Under the pieces are notes generated by a model, which saw only the letters and a program-made list of their open reading frames with translations, searched no databases and was not told the origin of the DNA. From contig JANKJI020000004.1 of NCBI GenBank assembly GCA_024626585.2, forward strand, positions 161,954,210 to 161,972,512: a stretch of DNA of 18,303 nucleotides, given 5' to 3'. The position numbers and the translations under genes are program-made. Shown piece after piece: positions 1-11,639 of the stretch; positions within the stretch are counted from its first letter, which is position 1, and every line of letters starts with the position of its first letter. Source of the stretch: Ginkgo biloba (lineage: Eukaryota > Plantae > Ginkgophyta).

Positions 1-789
1 ATAACAATGACAATGTCTAGTTTGAAATTTATGCTCCCATTCATCATTCAATTCATGTAACTCACATTCACTTCCTCTCTTTGATTTAATCAATAAATGA
101 CTAACTGAGGCACTATAGTCTAAGTGATCTCTAGGTCGATCTTTATTCATCTATCTAAGGCATGGTCTTCTTTCTAATCACAGATCAACAATAATTTATC
201 TATCTAGGATGTGGTCTTTATTATCTTCAACAGTCAACGATCTTTCTCTCATTCTATTCCAACGCATTTAAACTTCCAACACATCATCAGCCAATATTTA
301 TCTCTCCAACAAAGTATTAGTGTACATTTTTATTTCTTCAATAGTGGGAAGGAATCCTTCCTTTTTCTTAAAAACATATGTTATTCACTTTCTTTAGGCT
401 TCAAATTTCTTCTCCAATATTTATTCTTTTCTCACAATCAGATATATGTCTCTTCAAAGGATTTCATAGCAAGTCAGGAATTTATTCAACTCGCCAATCT
501 ACAAAATAAATTCTCTAGGATTCATTTGGTTGCTCCAATACCAAATGAAAGAAATGGATGAACTAAATTTTGCATTAACTAGATATGAATACAAAGCACT
601 TAGTCTCTATCATAAGAGATATTCAAATGTTTACATATAAATAGTACTAAATCTAAAACTAACCTATAACCGTATGCCAACTAATTTTCCTATTATTTGA
701 AATAATAATAAATTATATTCTAATCTATGTCACGTGATTTGTGACACTTATTACATTAATTTAATAAGAAATATTACTTATTTGTAACA
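1..789 (-). mobile_element. 5' end of a decayed LTR retrotransposon (short LTR ~546-789, PBS, degenerate internal sequence running off the window); superfamily not assignable
   Basis: On the minus strand a ~244-bp block reads TGTTACA...CTTTCA (TG...CA termini). Two nt later comes TGGTATTGGAGC (532-543), a 2-mismatch version of the tRNA-iMet PBS TGGTATCAGAGC. No recognisable gag peptide follows. Confidence 0.6.
532..543 (-). promoter_or_regulatory. Primer-binding site (tRNA-iMet type) of the LTR element
   Basis: Plus-strand gctccaatacca is the reverse complement of TGGTATTGGAGC and is separated by 2 nt from an LTR-like end (...TTTCA). Confidence 0.6.
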
Positions 790-899
790 TTCTAAAATCA
801 TGTCACATGTCCCAACAAAAAGGGTATCACACTCTTTCTTGAAACCTCGAACCTCAAAATCATAAAAATCAACTTTGTTGTATTATCTTTTCGGTCCAT

Positions 900-1640
900 T
901 TAGTTCAAGATTTTTTAGAAAAGGTTTTAGCGAATTCACTCCCAAAATACCAAAAGTTAAAAATCCCCAAATTCTAAAATTTAAAGAAGTGTTGGTCATG
1001 CAAGTAACTTTTAAAATTNNNNNNNNNNNNNNNNNNNNNNNNNNNNNNNNNNNNNNNNNNNNNNNNNNNNNNNNNNNNNNNNNNNNNNNNNNNNNNNNNN
1101 NNNNNNNNNNNNNNNNNNAAAGAGGAGAACTCAAATCAAAATATGGTGTAGGAGGAAACCATCCTTTGCATGTGTAGTTTATCTAAGAAATCCCTCTATC
1201 TTATCAATATAAAGTCCAAACAAGATCAGAGAGAGGGGGAACCCTTACTTAATCCTGATGGAACTCCTAATCTCCTCAAAAAACCCATTCATGGTATGGA
1301 AGAGGCCCACCACTGATTTATAAAGTCTCATAACTAATGCTATAATAATATTAGGAACTTTNNNNNNNNNNNNNNNNNNNNNNNNNNNNNNNNNNNNNNN
1401 TTAAATTCCTTATGGAATCCCACAAAATAAAACTAGATTTTGGAAGACCTCTGCCTAGCCTCCTCAATAATGGCTCTGAGAGTAAAACTATGGTCCATAG
1501 TTTGATAGTATTTTCTAAACCCAACTTCCCCCCTATCCCTAATACCAACACTCTCCAACCAATTAGAAAGTTATATGTTGATGGTTGTAGCATACCTCTA
1601 TAGTCATAGAAAGATATCTCTCTCATAGATAGAGCGATAT
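900..1640 (-). mobile_element. Degenerate non-LTR retrotransposon (LINE) reverse-transcriptase fragment, RTE/RTEX-like by motif pattern
   Basis: Manual minus-strand translation gives YATTINI*LSNWLESVGIRDRGEVGFRKYYQTMDHSFTLRAIIEEARQRSSKI*FYFVGFHKEF (QAGFR...DHIFTLR...FVDFxKAFD). After a gap it gives LVMRLYKSVVG...IRSSIRIK*GFPLSLILFGLYIDKIE...LHHILI*VLL (GVKQGCPLSPxLFGLYID...LLFADD), ending at the 1019-1118 gap. The call is firm for 1119-1600; 900-1018 is a weak continuation. Confidence 0.85.
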
Positions 1641-1740
1641 NNNNNNNNNNNNNNNNNNNNCGCAATATAGTAAAAACTCTCTAATGCATTCCCTTTGGTC
1701 ATGTCCCATCAAAAATATAGACACCCATAGAACCATGTGC

Positions 1741-1807
1741 TATCTCCCTCCTAGTTAGAATGGCACATTATTTTATCCCCCTCCTAGTTAGGATGGCATA
1801 TCATTTT
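1741..1807. repeat. 33-bp tandem repeat, 2 copies
   Basis: tatctccctcctagttagaatggcacattatttt versus tatccccctcctagttaggatggcatatcatttt. Confidence 0.8.
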
Positions 1808-2184
1808 AGCAATGTATACCATCGTACCTCCCCTCCTTACTAAATTATCAACTCCATTTGGCAATGCTTTCCTACATATCAATGTATGTGAGAAATGGAG
1901 ATAATAAGCTCAAAGTAAGAAGTTGGTGATGGGAGCGATCTTTCCATAATGGTAGAGAATATGTGGGAACACTTTCTATTAATACAACCAACCAAATGAC
2001 AATATGTGGTAGCCACAAATATGATTATTAGATATGCAGAATGCCATTTTAGACTAGTGCTTATAGTTAGATACAATTGATCTCTTATAACTACCATTAG
2101 TGGGTCCCATAACTCAAAATGATAAAATAGGTTGTAAAATAAAGTATCTAGAAGATGATGATAGCATACCTCAATTAAAATAAA

Positions 2185-2535
2185 AATGGATGTAGGTGAG
2201 ATGGGTGTATAAATGGATGTGAGATGAAGGTATGGATATAGTTGATTTTAATGCATATATATAAGTGATATGAATTACTGGATGTAAGTGAGATGATTGT
2301 ATGAATGTAGTTGAGATGAATGTACAAATATAGGTGAGATGGAGGTATGGATGTAGGTGATTTTTATGCACAAATGTAAGTGAGATAAGTTTATGAATGT
2401 AGGTGAGATGAATGTACAAATGTAAGTGAGATGAAGGTATAGATATAGGTGAGTTGAGTGAATGGATGTAAGTGAGATGGATGTACAAATGTAAGTGAGA
2501 TGAATGTATAAATGTAGGTGAAATTGTAAGTGAAA
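2185..2535. repeat. Degenerate minisatellite of ~11-12-bp / 23-24-bp units (approximately ATGTA[A/G]GTGAGATG[A/G]ATGTA[C/T]AA)
   Basis: Repeated tgtaagtgagatg / tgtaggtgagatg motifs throughout. This explains the H/T/Y/I-repetitive ORF 2171..2557. Confidence 0.9.
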
Positions 2536-2933
2536 GATCTAATATTTCCACTTGCAAATCAATTTCACATACATCTATATTGGTTAATTAACTTTCAATT
2601 TAATTCATTTAATTAGAGCTTCACTTGAAACAATACATGAATCATATCAAATGTTAGAATGCAAGAGAAGTGACAGGCCTAGTCATCTATAATTATCCTA
2701 CACCTACATCTACACTTTCTAGGAAGACTCACCTATATTTGTTCTTTTTCAAAAATTTGAATTCACCTTTATATCCCTAACAAGTACTATCGGCCAAAGA
2801 ATCTGATGCATGTNNNNNNNNNNNNNNNNNNNNNNNNNNNNNNNNNNNNNNNNNNNNNNNNNNNNNNNNNNNNNNNNNNNNNNNNNNNNNNNNNNNNNNN
2901 NNNNNNNNNNNNNAACCTCATATTAGTTCTTAG

Positions 2934-3700
2934 GATTCTTCTTCCTACACCTTAAACAAAATAATTATAAGGATGACTTATCTTAAATCTCTCTTTGGTG
3001 ATATTTTGGCTCTAAATTTATAATTTTCTTAGTGACAAAGGAAAAAATATCTTACTTTAAATCTCTTAACAAGTTGTTGAGTTTGGCCTTATTCACTACC
3101 TTGGGTTGTTTTGGCATTCTTCTTGAAATCTTCCTCACTAAATAAGTCATTGAATTTCATCTCACCCATTTCCTTGATTCTCTTGAATACTAAACACATA
3201 TCTCCTTCAAATATTTCATCGATATAGTAGATACCTTGCATGCATTTCCAGACACATTCTAACCTCATGTTATAATCCCATAAGAAACATAGCCTTTAAG
3301 GTGGAGTCATCATGTCCATATTTCAAGCATATATGAGTGAGGTAGTCTATCCTTTAAATGTAATCATCAAGAAACTCATCCTACTCCTGTATTAATATTA
3401 AAATTTCTTCCTTAGAATCTTCATCTTAGCAATATCCCCGATACTTTCTTTAAAGCATTATCTTCATTTCATCCCATGTGCCAATAGATATGACCTCTAG
3501 ACTCATAAACCATCTTAAGGCACCCCCCTTTAAGGTAGAATGAAATAACTTCAATTTATGAGATTCCTTAATATAGCCATAGATCTAGCATAACACATCA
3601 AACTCAAATGCAAACACATTTGAATCCTCATGGATTTTCCTATAGAATTACAGGAGTGCTAATAGGGGAATATTTGGTATGGTATTATTTTGAGTATCAT
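2934..3700 (-). mobile_element. Degenerate Ty3/Gypsy gag (Retrotrans_gag-type capsid domain)
   Basis: Minus translation gives HEDSNVFAFEFDVLC*IYGY...ESHKLKLFHSTLKGGALRWFMSLEVISIGTWDEMKIML*RKYRGYC*DEDSKEEILILIQE*DEFLDDYI*RI...TLKAMFLMGL. This matches the plant Gypsy gag pattern (LFPxTLKGxALRWF...TWDEMK..F..KY; QxxxESLxDYxxRF) with many stops. Confidence 0.85.
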
Positions 3701-4479
3701 CCATAANNNNNNNNNNNNNNNNNAATGGTATAGGGTCTAGTGTTCCCAATTCCTACTTACCCATGGTTTACTATAGAGAAGAGTGATTCTTCTTCCATGG
3801 TATGGTTTGACTGAATAACTTTAGAAGAAATGAACTTGCCCCTAGCATCCCTGAGTCTTCCTGATATTTTAAGCATTTAAATCCACACCCAAAAGCATAC
3901 AAAATAAGTCCTCCCCTATACTTTATGTATCTAAAAATTAGTAGGGAGGCCACCTCTAGAATAGCTATAGGCAATTCCTCATGGTTTCTTGAACTTAATT
4001 ATGGAAGTGAGATTTTTGCAGTCTTCTTTAGCCCACTTGCACCTACCATGAAAGTGATGTCACTGCTTGGTGTTGGAGGTTTTGGCAAAGTATAGCAGAA
4101 GCAAATTGATCAATATTCAAGGGGGTAATCATGTTCTTACAATTGTAGTTCTCTATAGAATGATGAATCTCAGTTGTTTATGAAATTTTAGGAAGTGGCT
4201 ATGTATGGTATGTGAGATATATCATGATGTGTGATCGCGCACAGTTGTAGAGATGCAATGTGTATATGCACGCTCTTGAAGCATGCATCAATGCAGCTCT
4301 TCATAAATACGTGTGTTTGCATAGTAAAACTTCCAACTCTCCTGAAGTCTGAAAAACTCTTCTAGAAAGATATGCCTCCTACACAGATCCCAAAATCTAC
4401 CACATGCTCACTCCAAAAGTCAATATCAAAGCCTATGTAGATTCCCTAGCTATTATGGAATGGATCTAAGAGAATATAT

Positions 4480-4823
4480 GTGATCTACCTATCAACATCA
4501 AAATCTTACAACTCTCAATACACAAGCATGCATAAATCTAATAATCACAACATAAACATTGGACAATACAACTCTCTCTCCTTTATTCATCAGTCTCTCA
4601 AGAATTACAAAGTTGAGAATAAGAACAATAGTCATAGAGTTTTTCCTAGCTCTCTTTTATAGGTTAAGAGGCTAGGCTTACAATAGTAACTCCTCTAGAC
4701 ATAATTAGTGTATACTAACAAAGCTCATGGGTAAATTAAGTAATAAGACTTGGCACATTATTAGTAGGAAACTAATAAGGGTCTTATACATAATTAGTTA
4801 CAAGCCTTTGCACACTTTTAACT
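4480..4823 (-). mobile_element. Probable LTR remnant upstream of the gag fragment
   Basis: Minus-strand CCTATAAAAGAGAG TATA-like motif at ~4650-4663, followed by GA/TG-rich R/U5-like sequence, oriented towards gag. Termini and PBS were not identified. Confidence 0.35.
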
Positions 4824-4924
4824 ANNNNNNNNNNNNNNNNNNNNNNNNNNNNNNNNNNNNNNNNNNNNNNNNNNNNNNNNNNNNNNNNNNNNNNNNNNNN
4901 NNNNNNNNNNNNNNNNNNNNNNNN

Positions 4925-6600
4925 ATTGGTATTTATTTGTATTTGATGGGATTAGCATGGGGATTAATGTCAATATGGTGATAAATAAAGGAAGGGTATA
5001 TTCTATGAATCTCATTGTAGGTCCATGTAAAAATATATCTGTATTCTTAGAAAATAAGCATGAGTTATTCCTCCTATTAGGGAGCCCATTCATCTCCAAT
5101 TAATAAGTGTTTAGGATTTTCTATCTTAAATATATTAATAGGACAGGTTCCATTAATTCTAATGAGATTTCCNNNNNNNNNNNNNNNNCTTCAAAAACAT
5201 TAGGAGTAGGATGGAGAAGGCCATCCTTGGAAAAAATATCTACTGGAAGGATACTCTTGTTATTAACATGTAAAACTAACTTAGGATTTAGTGGTTGATG
5301 ATTTGGCAAGGAGAAGGATAGAGTCCCTAGTGGTGAAAGGTAATGGGCTTGATCACTACAATGATGAAATTAGTCCCATGTATATTATTATCCATATATA
5401 AAATCAAAGATGGACTCTTCCTTTTCAAACATGAAAGGATTAGGAGAGTGATCTAAGTCAATAAATAAAATCATGGATGATTGGCGGTCTTGCATAGGAG
5501 GATCTCTTAGAAAGGATCTAACCATAAAATAAAAGTCAGGGGTAATTTAGTAATATGAGGAATAATAAGTAAGGAGATTTCATAATCAAGAGGAATAATT
5601 GGTTGGATAGGACCTGATAGAGTTTCCATGTACATGGAGTAGTATGAATTAGTGGGTGGATCGATATTAACCCCTAGGACCAAAGTGGATTATATTTGAG
5701 AAGATATTTGTTTAGTACCAATGAATAGGACTTGTGATTTATCATTGACATAAGAGATATTTTCATCATATTTGGACTAGTGGAACCTTATAGTCCCATT
5801 TAAGGAGAATTGAATCATGTCATAAATTGATGACATTGGTACCTCCATGGGTATAATATTTCCTCTACCTAAGAGTATATTATATTGTAGGTTATTCTGG
5901 GAAACCTCCACATATATGAAAACTAATTTACCTTTAAGAGGGATATGTAGACTCTTAAGGGTACTACTAGGAGGACTAAATGTATTATCCCACTATGAAG
6001 TGTATGCATACTAGGGATAATGTATAAAAATCCTAAAGTATTAAAATCATTTTATGACATTATTGAGATGGTTGATCCTTCATAAACAATTCACATCCAA
6101 ATTTTTTCATGACCAATATGAACCATAATTTTAAATGGTTTGGATGTAATTTTACTTTCCTTAGTGAGAGTGGATAGGCCAAACACTATAATATTATCAA
6201 GTGGAGATTCCATCGCATTCAAGTTATTTAATAATTAATATCTTTAATTAGGACATGAGTATAAAAGATATAAAAGATACATGGTAGAAGGGATAGTTTC
6301 CAACTCCTTAATGAGGTCAAAATTAGAATAGGCATTTGGTTATATTTTTTTATGACAAGGATTGGCCCATGGTAGCTTAGATGGTTGAACAAGGATTGAT
6401 GGTTTAGACATAAGAATGTATAAAGTGGATCTAAATTGATTAATTTTATATATGGATATAGCAAGAGTCTCTTTGGCATGATGAGAAATATATCTTGTGG
6501 TCACCATAACCTCATCTTTAAGTTCAACATAGAGGATATCATTTGAGGTAGATGGGTCTATCCTTGATTGTTGTTATTCATGCACCTGCTTGGTAATAGG
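4925..6600 (-). mobile_element. Degenerate Tat/Ogre-type Ty3/Gypsy polyprotein: aspartic protease, linker and start of RT
   Basis: Minus translation gives SNFDLIKELETIPSTMYLL...FKIMVHIGHEKIWM*IVYEGSTISIMS (IIDEGAS with catalytic D to Y), then LKGKLVFIYVEVSQNNLQYNILLGRG (DYNILLGR) and EKEESIFDF...WD*FHH. It ends GNLIRINGTCPINI...LLIG...EYRYIFTWTYNEIHRIYPSFIYHHIDINPHANPIKYK (FRDVFAWSYEEMPGIDP..VEH.I...P.AKPVRQK). Confidence 0.85.
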
Positions 6601-6755
6601 ATGAAGNNNNNNNNNNTTTTTTAGTGAAAATGATTTGTAATTAAACGAAGGGAGTGATCATATGTTATAATTGTCAAAAGTCTCCTCTACTCATAGAAAT
6701 CTAGATCTTTGTCCTTTCTTTATTGTCTCTCTATTCTCTGTACAGCCAAAAACTT

Positions 6756-6885
6756 CAATACCATAGAAATATGCTCTTTTATAGGATCATACTATGTAAA
6801 TGCACAATCTATACCATATAAATGTGGTGCACTTTCACATATTGGGGATCAATACCATAGAAATGCGATGCCTTTCCACATACTA
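6756..6885. repeat. Degenerate short tandem repeats with core ATACCATA[G/T]AAAT
   Basis: The core occurs at 6758, 6811 and 6852, with a weaker copy at 6789. The last two units continue to align over ~30 bp. Confidence 0.6.
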
Positions 6886-7544
6886 GCATGGTATATAATC
6901 CTAAAGCTCAAAAACTCGTTGAAAGGTGCTAGAAGCTTGCGCCTTCATACATGGCCTAATATAATGACTTGTACTAACTTATTGAAGCCACCAATACCTA
7001 CATAATCATATTATAAGATACTCTATGCATGCATATGATTGGACACAAACAACAAGAATAATTGTTGCATAATATTCAAGATCAACCATAATCTTCATAA
7101 GAAAAAATTGGGTAAATAAACAAAGCTTCTATTATTCCACGAGATTACTATGCACAAGTCATAAGACTTGGAGAAAGATAATAATTATAATACCTTAACC
7201 AAAGATAAAAAGTACAATGATCAAATATGTGATAACTTAGGGAAATAGATTCCTTTATACAAAATCTCACTTCCAACCTTAGCATAATACTAAAGTGGGA
7301 ACATACACTTACATGCTACAACCAACCTATGTTAACCTCACAATAAAATAGGTGGTTGCAATAATAAGCATGATTTAATTAGTAACATTCCCTTGCACAT
7401 CTATTGTCCATACATAGCCATAAGCTAAATAAAGAAAGAGATGCNNNNNNNNNNNNNNNNNNNNNNNNNNNNNNNNNNNNNNNNNNNNNNNNNNNNNNNN
7501 NNNNNNNNNNNNNNNNNNNNNNNNNNNNNNNNNNNNNNNNNNNN

Positions 7545-7920
7545 CATATTAACATCAAATCCCCCAACACCAAGTGTGTATATCACTTATAGCTAAAATA
7601 ACTCCAAGCAAAGAAGTGGGCAAGTTGAGTGATTATGTTGAGAGCATAAAGAAAGGCTTAGAGTGGATGAAACAGATCCAAATCGATAGCTAATATAATA
7701 AGTAACTCAGAATATGGTATGGAAACCTGACAATACAACAATAATTTGTCCTTCTCCCCCATAGCCTTAGGGATTGGCTGTATTTATAAGCCAAACTAGT
7801 AGTTGATCTTTGGAAACCAACTAATAAGAGGTTTTCCACCTTATGATGAAGGCCAATAAAATTAGATTAGTTTAGATAGGTAGAAACAATCCTCAGTTGG
7901 TTGAGTATGGGACAAACTAT
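7545..7920 (-). mobile_element. Possible LTR fragment
   Basis: Minus-strand CTTATAAATA TATA-like motif at 7781-7790 in LTR-like context only. No termini were found. Confidence 0.25.
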
Positions 7921-8349
7921 TTGATTTTTATTTTTTATTTATTTTTTATCCAAAAATAGTGGTCATCGTCTATTACCACGCGATTGTAAAGACCAGTCGT
8001 CCAAAAGTGCACTCTTAGACATCAGTCGCTTAAGAGCACGCTAATAAACAACTACAATATTTTCTAATAATTTTAACGTTTTGAGGGGAAGAAAAAGAGG
8101 GTGAAGTGGAAATTGGTGATTGTAAGATCTTTAAGGTCTTTGAGGAGTTGGAAGATTTGATTAGAGAGGAGCATGATCAATGAGAATCTACATAACAAGG
8201 AGGGTCAGTGGCCTATTTTATTAATTAGTGATAAAAGAATTACATGATAAGCACGTTGAAGTACGATTATTTTGAGATTTGGCCTAATCTACCTCATGAA
8301 GTTAGATCAAGAGTCAAAGAATGATCCCTCATTACATAAAATAATCTAA

Positions 8350-8715
8350 GAAACCCTAATATTATATTACAACTATATTTGACAACTCTTTGGGTATACA
8401 AGACATATGCAAAAGTTATTATTGGCTTTATGGCATTTTCATTGGTATATGGGACTAAGATTATTCCACCTATAGAATGTGAAATTCCTACACTCAAGAT
8501 TATTACATGGAGTAACTAGTTGACTTTTCATTGTGCAAAGCAAGATTTGTAGAGTGTGAAAATCTCAATGAAGAACTTTGCCTCTATCTCCAACTCTTAG
8601 AAGCCAAAAAGAGGCTAGTCAAGACTTTTTATGACTCAAATGTCAAATCAACTAACAAGATAGAATCAAGAAAACTCAACCCACAATGACATGGTCCTTA
8701 CATTGTTAAAGACAT
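8350..8715 (+). mobile_element. Degenerate Tat/Ogre-type Gypsy integrase C-terminal fragment with GPY/F motif
   Basis: Plus translation gives LQLYLTTLWVYKTYAKVIIGFMAFSLVYGTKIIPPIECEIPTLKI (ALWAYRTS...TGFTPFSLVYG.EAVLPIECEIPSL). After a frameshift it gives KARFVECENLNEE...KKRLVKTFYDSNVK...KLNPQ*HGPYIVK. Confidence 0.85.
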
Positions 8716-8782
8716 ACATACATATATATACATGTGTGTATATGTATATATGTATATGTATGTGTATGTATGTATATATATA
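8712..8782. repeat. Compound (TA)/(TATG)/(CATA) microsatellite
   Basis: acatacatacatatatatacatgtgtgtatatgtatatatgtatatgtatgtgtatgtatgtatatatata. Confidence 0.95.
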
Positions 8783-8840
8783 ATTAAAAGTGTACATCCC
8801 TCCATATATTTTATTGAATAAAATTTTGAATTCCATTCCC

Positions 8841-8938
8841 TCTAATTACCCATTACATCAAAACTTCGATCTGCCAACCTTTAATGTATCTAATTAGCCA
8901 TTACATCAAAACTTAGATCTGCCAACCTTTAATCTATC
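8841..8938. repeat. 48-bp tandem duplication, 2 copies, 3 mismatches
   Basis: tctaatta[c/g]ccattacatcaaaactt[c/a]gatctgccaacctttaat[g/c]ta at 8841 and 8889. Confidence 0.95.
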
Positions 8939-9100
8939 AGTTTATATCTATGGTGCTTATATAATAGCCGTCTACTTCTTTATCGATAGAGATCAGCAGC
9001 NNNNNNNNNNNNNNNNNNNNNNNNNNNNNNNNNNNNNNNNNNNNNNNNNNNNNNNNNNNNNNNNNNNNNNNNNNNNNNNNNNNNNNNNNNNNNNNNNNNN

Positions 9101-9960
9101 CTGACTATGCTATACTATATTTTGGATAACTAGTTCTTCACCTTTACCTCTTCCATTACTCACCTCTATGGGTTTTAGAGTTAATAAGATGAATATATGA
9201 GAGGCATTGACTAATATTTTGGCATGTTTTGTAATGGTCAATGAAATAATCTCTAGATTGTCCTTTGCATTTAGGAAGTAAATTTGTCCTCCTTTTATAG
9301 TATATATTGGTTTTTCCTTCTTTGAAATTTAGTATCTCGGTCCTATAAATATGGGCTTTCAAAGATCACTTTACAAACATCTAATGGAATGACATTACAT
9401 TTAATTTCATCTATGAATTCAATAGTAATGGTAAATTTAAACTTACACTATTTGTTAATGGTGTTCTTAGCTTCCTTTCTCAACCATCCTAGCATGTAAG
9501 GCGATGGATTCTTCATGGTCAATAATCTTAACTATTTTACAATCTATTCCCAAATTAGATTTCTTTGGTTTCCACTATCAAAGATTATTGATAGAAATGC
9601 CTTCTTAATTTCTATCTTTATCACAAAGATTTTCTCTTTATATATATTTACTCTCTAGTCTTGCACCACCAATTCTAATTTCCCATCGTCCAACTTAGGA
9701 TTTATAATTTCTTTTCCCTTCTACTAGGTCTGTGATCGTTAGTTCATGGATTTATTTTTTCAGATGTAGGATCCAAAAATATTTGTTTAATGTCCCTTTC
9801 ATTGGCACTCTTTATAGTATGGTCTTCCTTTCTCTCTTTAGTTGTGATCATGGATTTATTGCATCACTGCTACAATTTTCTTTTTATCTTTGTTCTGCCA
9901 ATGTCTTAGTGGCAATTTTGAAGGGCTTTATTTTTTTTGTGTCTTTGGCTTTAGAAATAA
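9101..9960 (-). mobile_element. Degenerate chromovirus (CRM-like) Ty3/Gypsy gag C-terminus, aspartic protease and linker
   Basis: Minus translation gives PLRHWQNKDKKKIVA (post-zinc-knuckle region), then KEKIFVIKIEIKKAFLSIIFDSGNQRNLIWE*IVK*LRL...PSPYMLGWLRK...CKFKFTITIEFIDEIKCNVIPLDVCKVIFESPYL*DRD. The DSG motif is at 9571-9579. The linker ...AKILVNASHIFILL... runs to the gap. Confidence 0.9.
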
Positions 9961-10483
9961 GTTTACTGATCATCATCACCATCGACGGTGGAAAGCCAAC
10001 CAGGAGGCTGCTCTTTGTTGGCGACCAAACACAACATAAATTCACAAACACAACGTCTTCCTACAGGCCTTCACCGTTGTGATCACTTGCACTTGAAATA
10101 TCTTTTACATATTATAACTCTATATATATCATATGTCCAACATCGTCGCTTTCTGACCACTATAAACAATATGTTTCAGTGCTAATTGGTATCGATCTGC
10201 GTTTTCTTTTTGTGGGTTGTCATCAGTTAACTATATACAATATATCGAGCTGCATTTTCTTTTTTGTGGGTATATAGCTTTGCATCATTTGATCCGATCC
10301 AGGTTTGTACTATACAAAGCTTTTAAATGTATTTTGTATTTTGCATATCCCCTTGCCATGGCTTTGTCTTACACATCAGAGTTAGATAGAGTCTTAAATC
10401 AACCAGTGTGAATTGAATATGGCAATGATAAGTAAGGATGACAATGGACCTTATTAAGTTGTTTAATCTTCAAGAGAATTTGA

Positions 10484-10572
10484 ATCTGCCAACCTGTAAG
10501 ACTCAAATCTATCAATTTATATTTATGATCCCTGTCTAATATCCTTCTATTTCTTATTGATAGGAATCAACA
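10484..10572. repeat. Dispersed direct repeat of 8917-8998
   Basis: Both copies share ATCTGCCAACCT, and 10506-10572 aligns with 8931-8998 at about 53/68 positions (manual count). Confidence 0.8.
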
Positions 10573-11639
10573 TTTAATAAGTGAAAATAAATTGAGTAGG
10601 TAGGGTTACTAGGACAGGGTGCCTCTTAATTTGGTGTGTTTATGGTCCAAACATACAAGATAGTAATAAGCAGATTACCATCATGCGCAACACGCAATTA
10701 TATTTATAATTATTGGTAGTGTAATCCATATTAAAAGAACAATAGAAAGATTGCTTATATGAGGGTCTGTACTAACTAGTAGAACAGAACATGATTTATA
10801 ATCTATTTTATACACTATTGTCATAGTGTTTTCACAGGTATTTTTATTGGACTCCTACTCGACATTTTAAATTTAATCAACTTGCAATGGTCTAACATAA
10901 ATATAAATACCATGACTCCTGTTGAAGATATTTGGCCTTCTTTAGATGCTCTTATGTAAGTTGTGAAAACATAGACTTTATAATAGTAATTCTCTTCATA
11001 TTTACACAGGTTCAATAGTGAGTCAGTTGAATCTAACATTCAAAGAATTCATGAGCAAATTTTATAAATTTCATTATGTCTAGAGATTTTATGCCTAAAT
11101 TTAAAGGAATAACTTCTTTTTTAATATATGTGAATTCAAAGGCTTTGTTGCTTTTTTAAATCACTTTAAGTTTTGAAACATATTATTTAGAAGAATTTTT
11201 TGTATAGATGTGCAAATGAGAAGAATAGTTAGTTTAGTCACAACGTATCATATGCCTTTACTTAGGTGTTTTTAAAAGTTTCATTGTAGTGATATCTTGT
11301 CACTTATCATGTTCACTCAACTCTATGAAAAATTAGAATTTGTTATTTGTGACAGCTTTGAGTTGTATATTGACAGCCTGCAGAGGTATTTTGTTTCAGA
11401 TCCGCAGCAGTTCAGACCTCTGGGTACAGATCTTCTACTAAAATCATTGATTGGCAAAGAATTCTTAAAGTTTGTCCAACATTGAAATCATATTCAAATT
11501 TTGCCGCACATATTCAATTGCCAGATTCTACTATTAATTTGATTGGTAAAGAATCACATATTACTTATTAAGTGTCATGTTTTACACAGTGTTTAGCATT
11601 TTCTATTCTAGATTATTGGAACCACTCTCAATAATCTAA

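Noticed and set aside
820-860. gggtatcaca plus purine tract as a PPT/LTR junction on the minus strand
   Set aside because: The purine tract is short and atypical, and no matching LTR or integrase is adjacent.
2171-2557. 128-aa His/Thr/Tyr-rich ORF
   Set aside because: It is a by-product of the minisatellite and has no other coding evidence.
6756-6885. CRISPR-like repeat-spacer arrangement (also considered for 1741-1807, 10191-10271 and 13128-13191)
   Set aside because: The context is eukaryotic, there are only 2-4 degenerate copies, the intervening sequences are similar rather than unique spacers, and there are no cas genes.
8007-8039. Imperfect hairpin gtgcactctta...taagagcac as a Helitron 3' end
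   Set aside because: The stem is weak and bulged, with no CTRR terminus at the expected distance.
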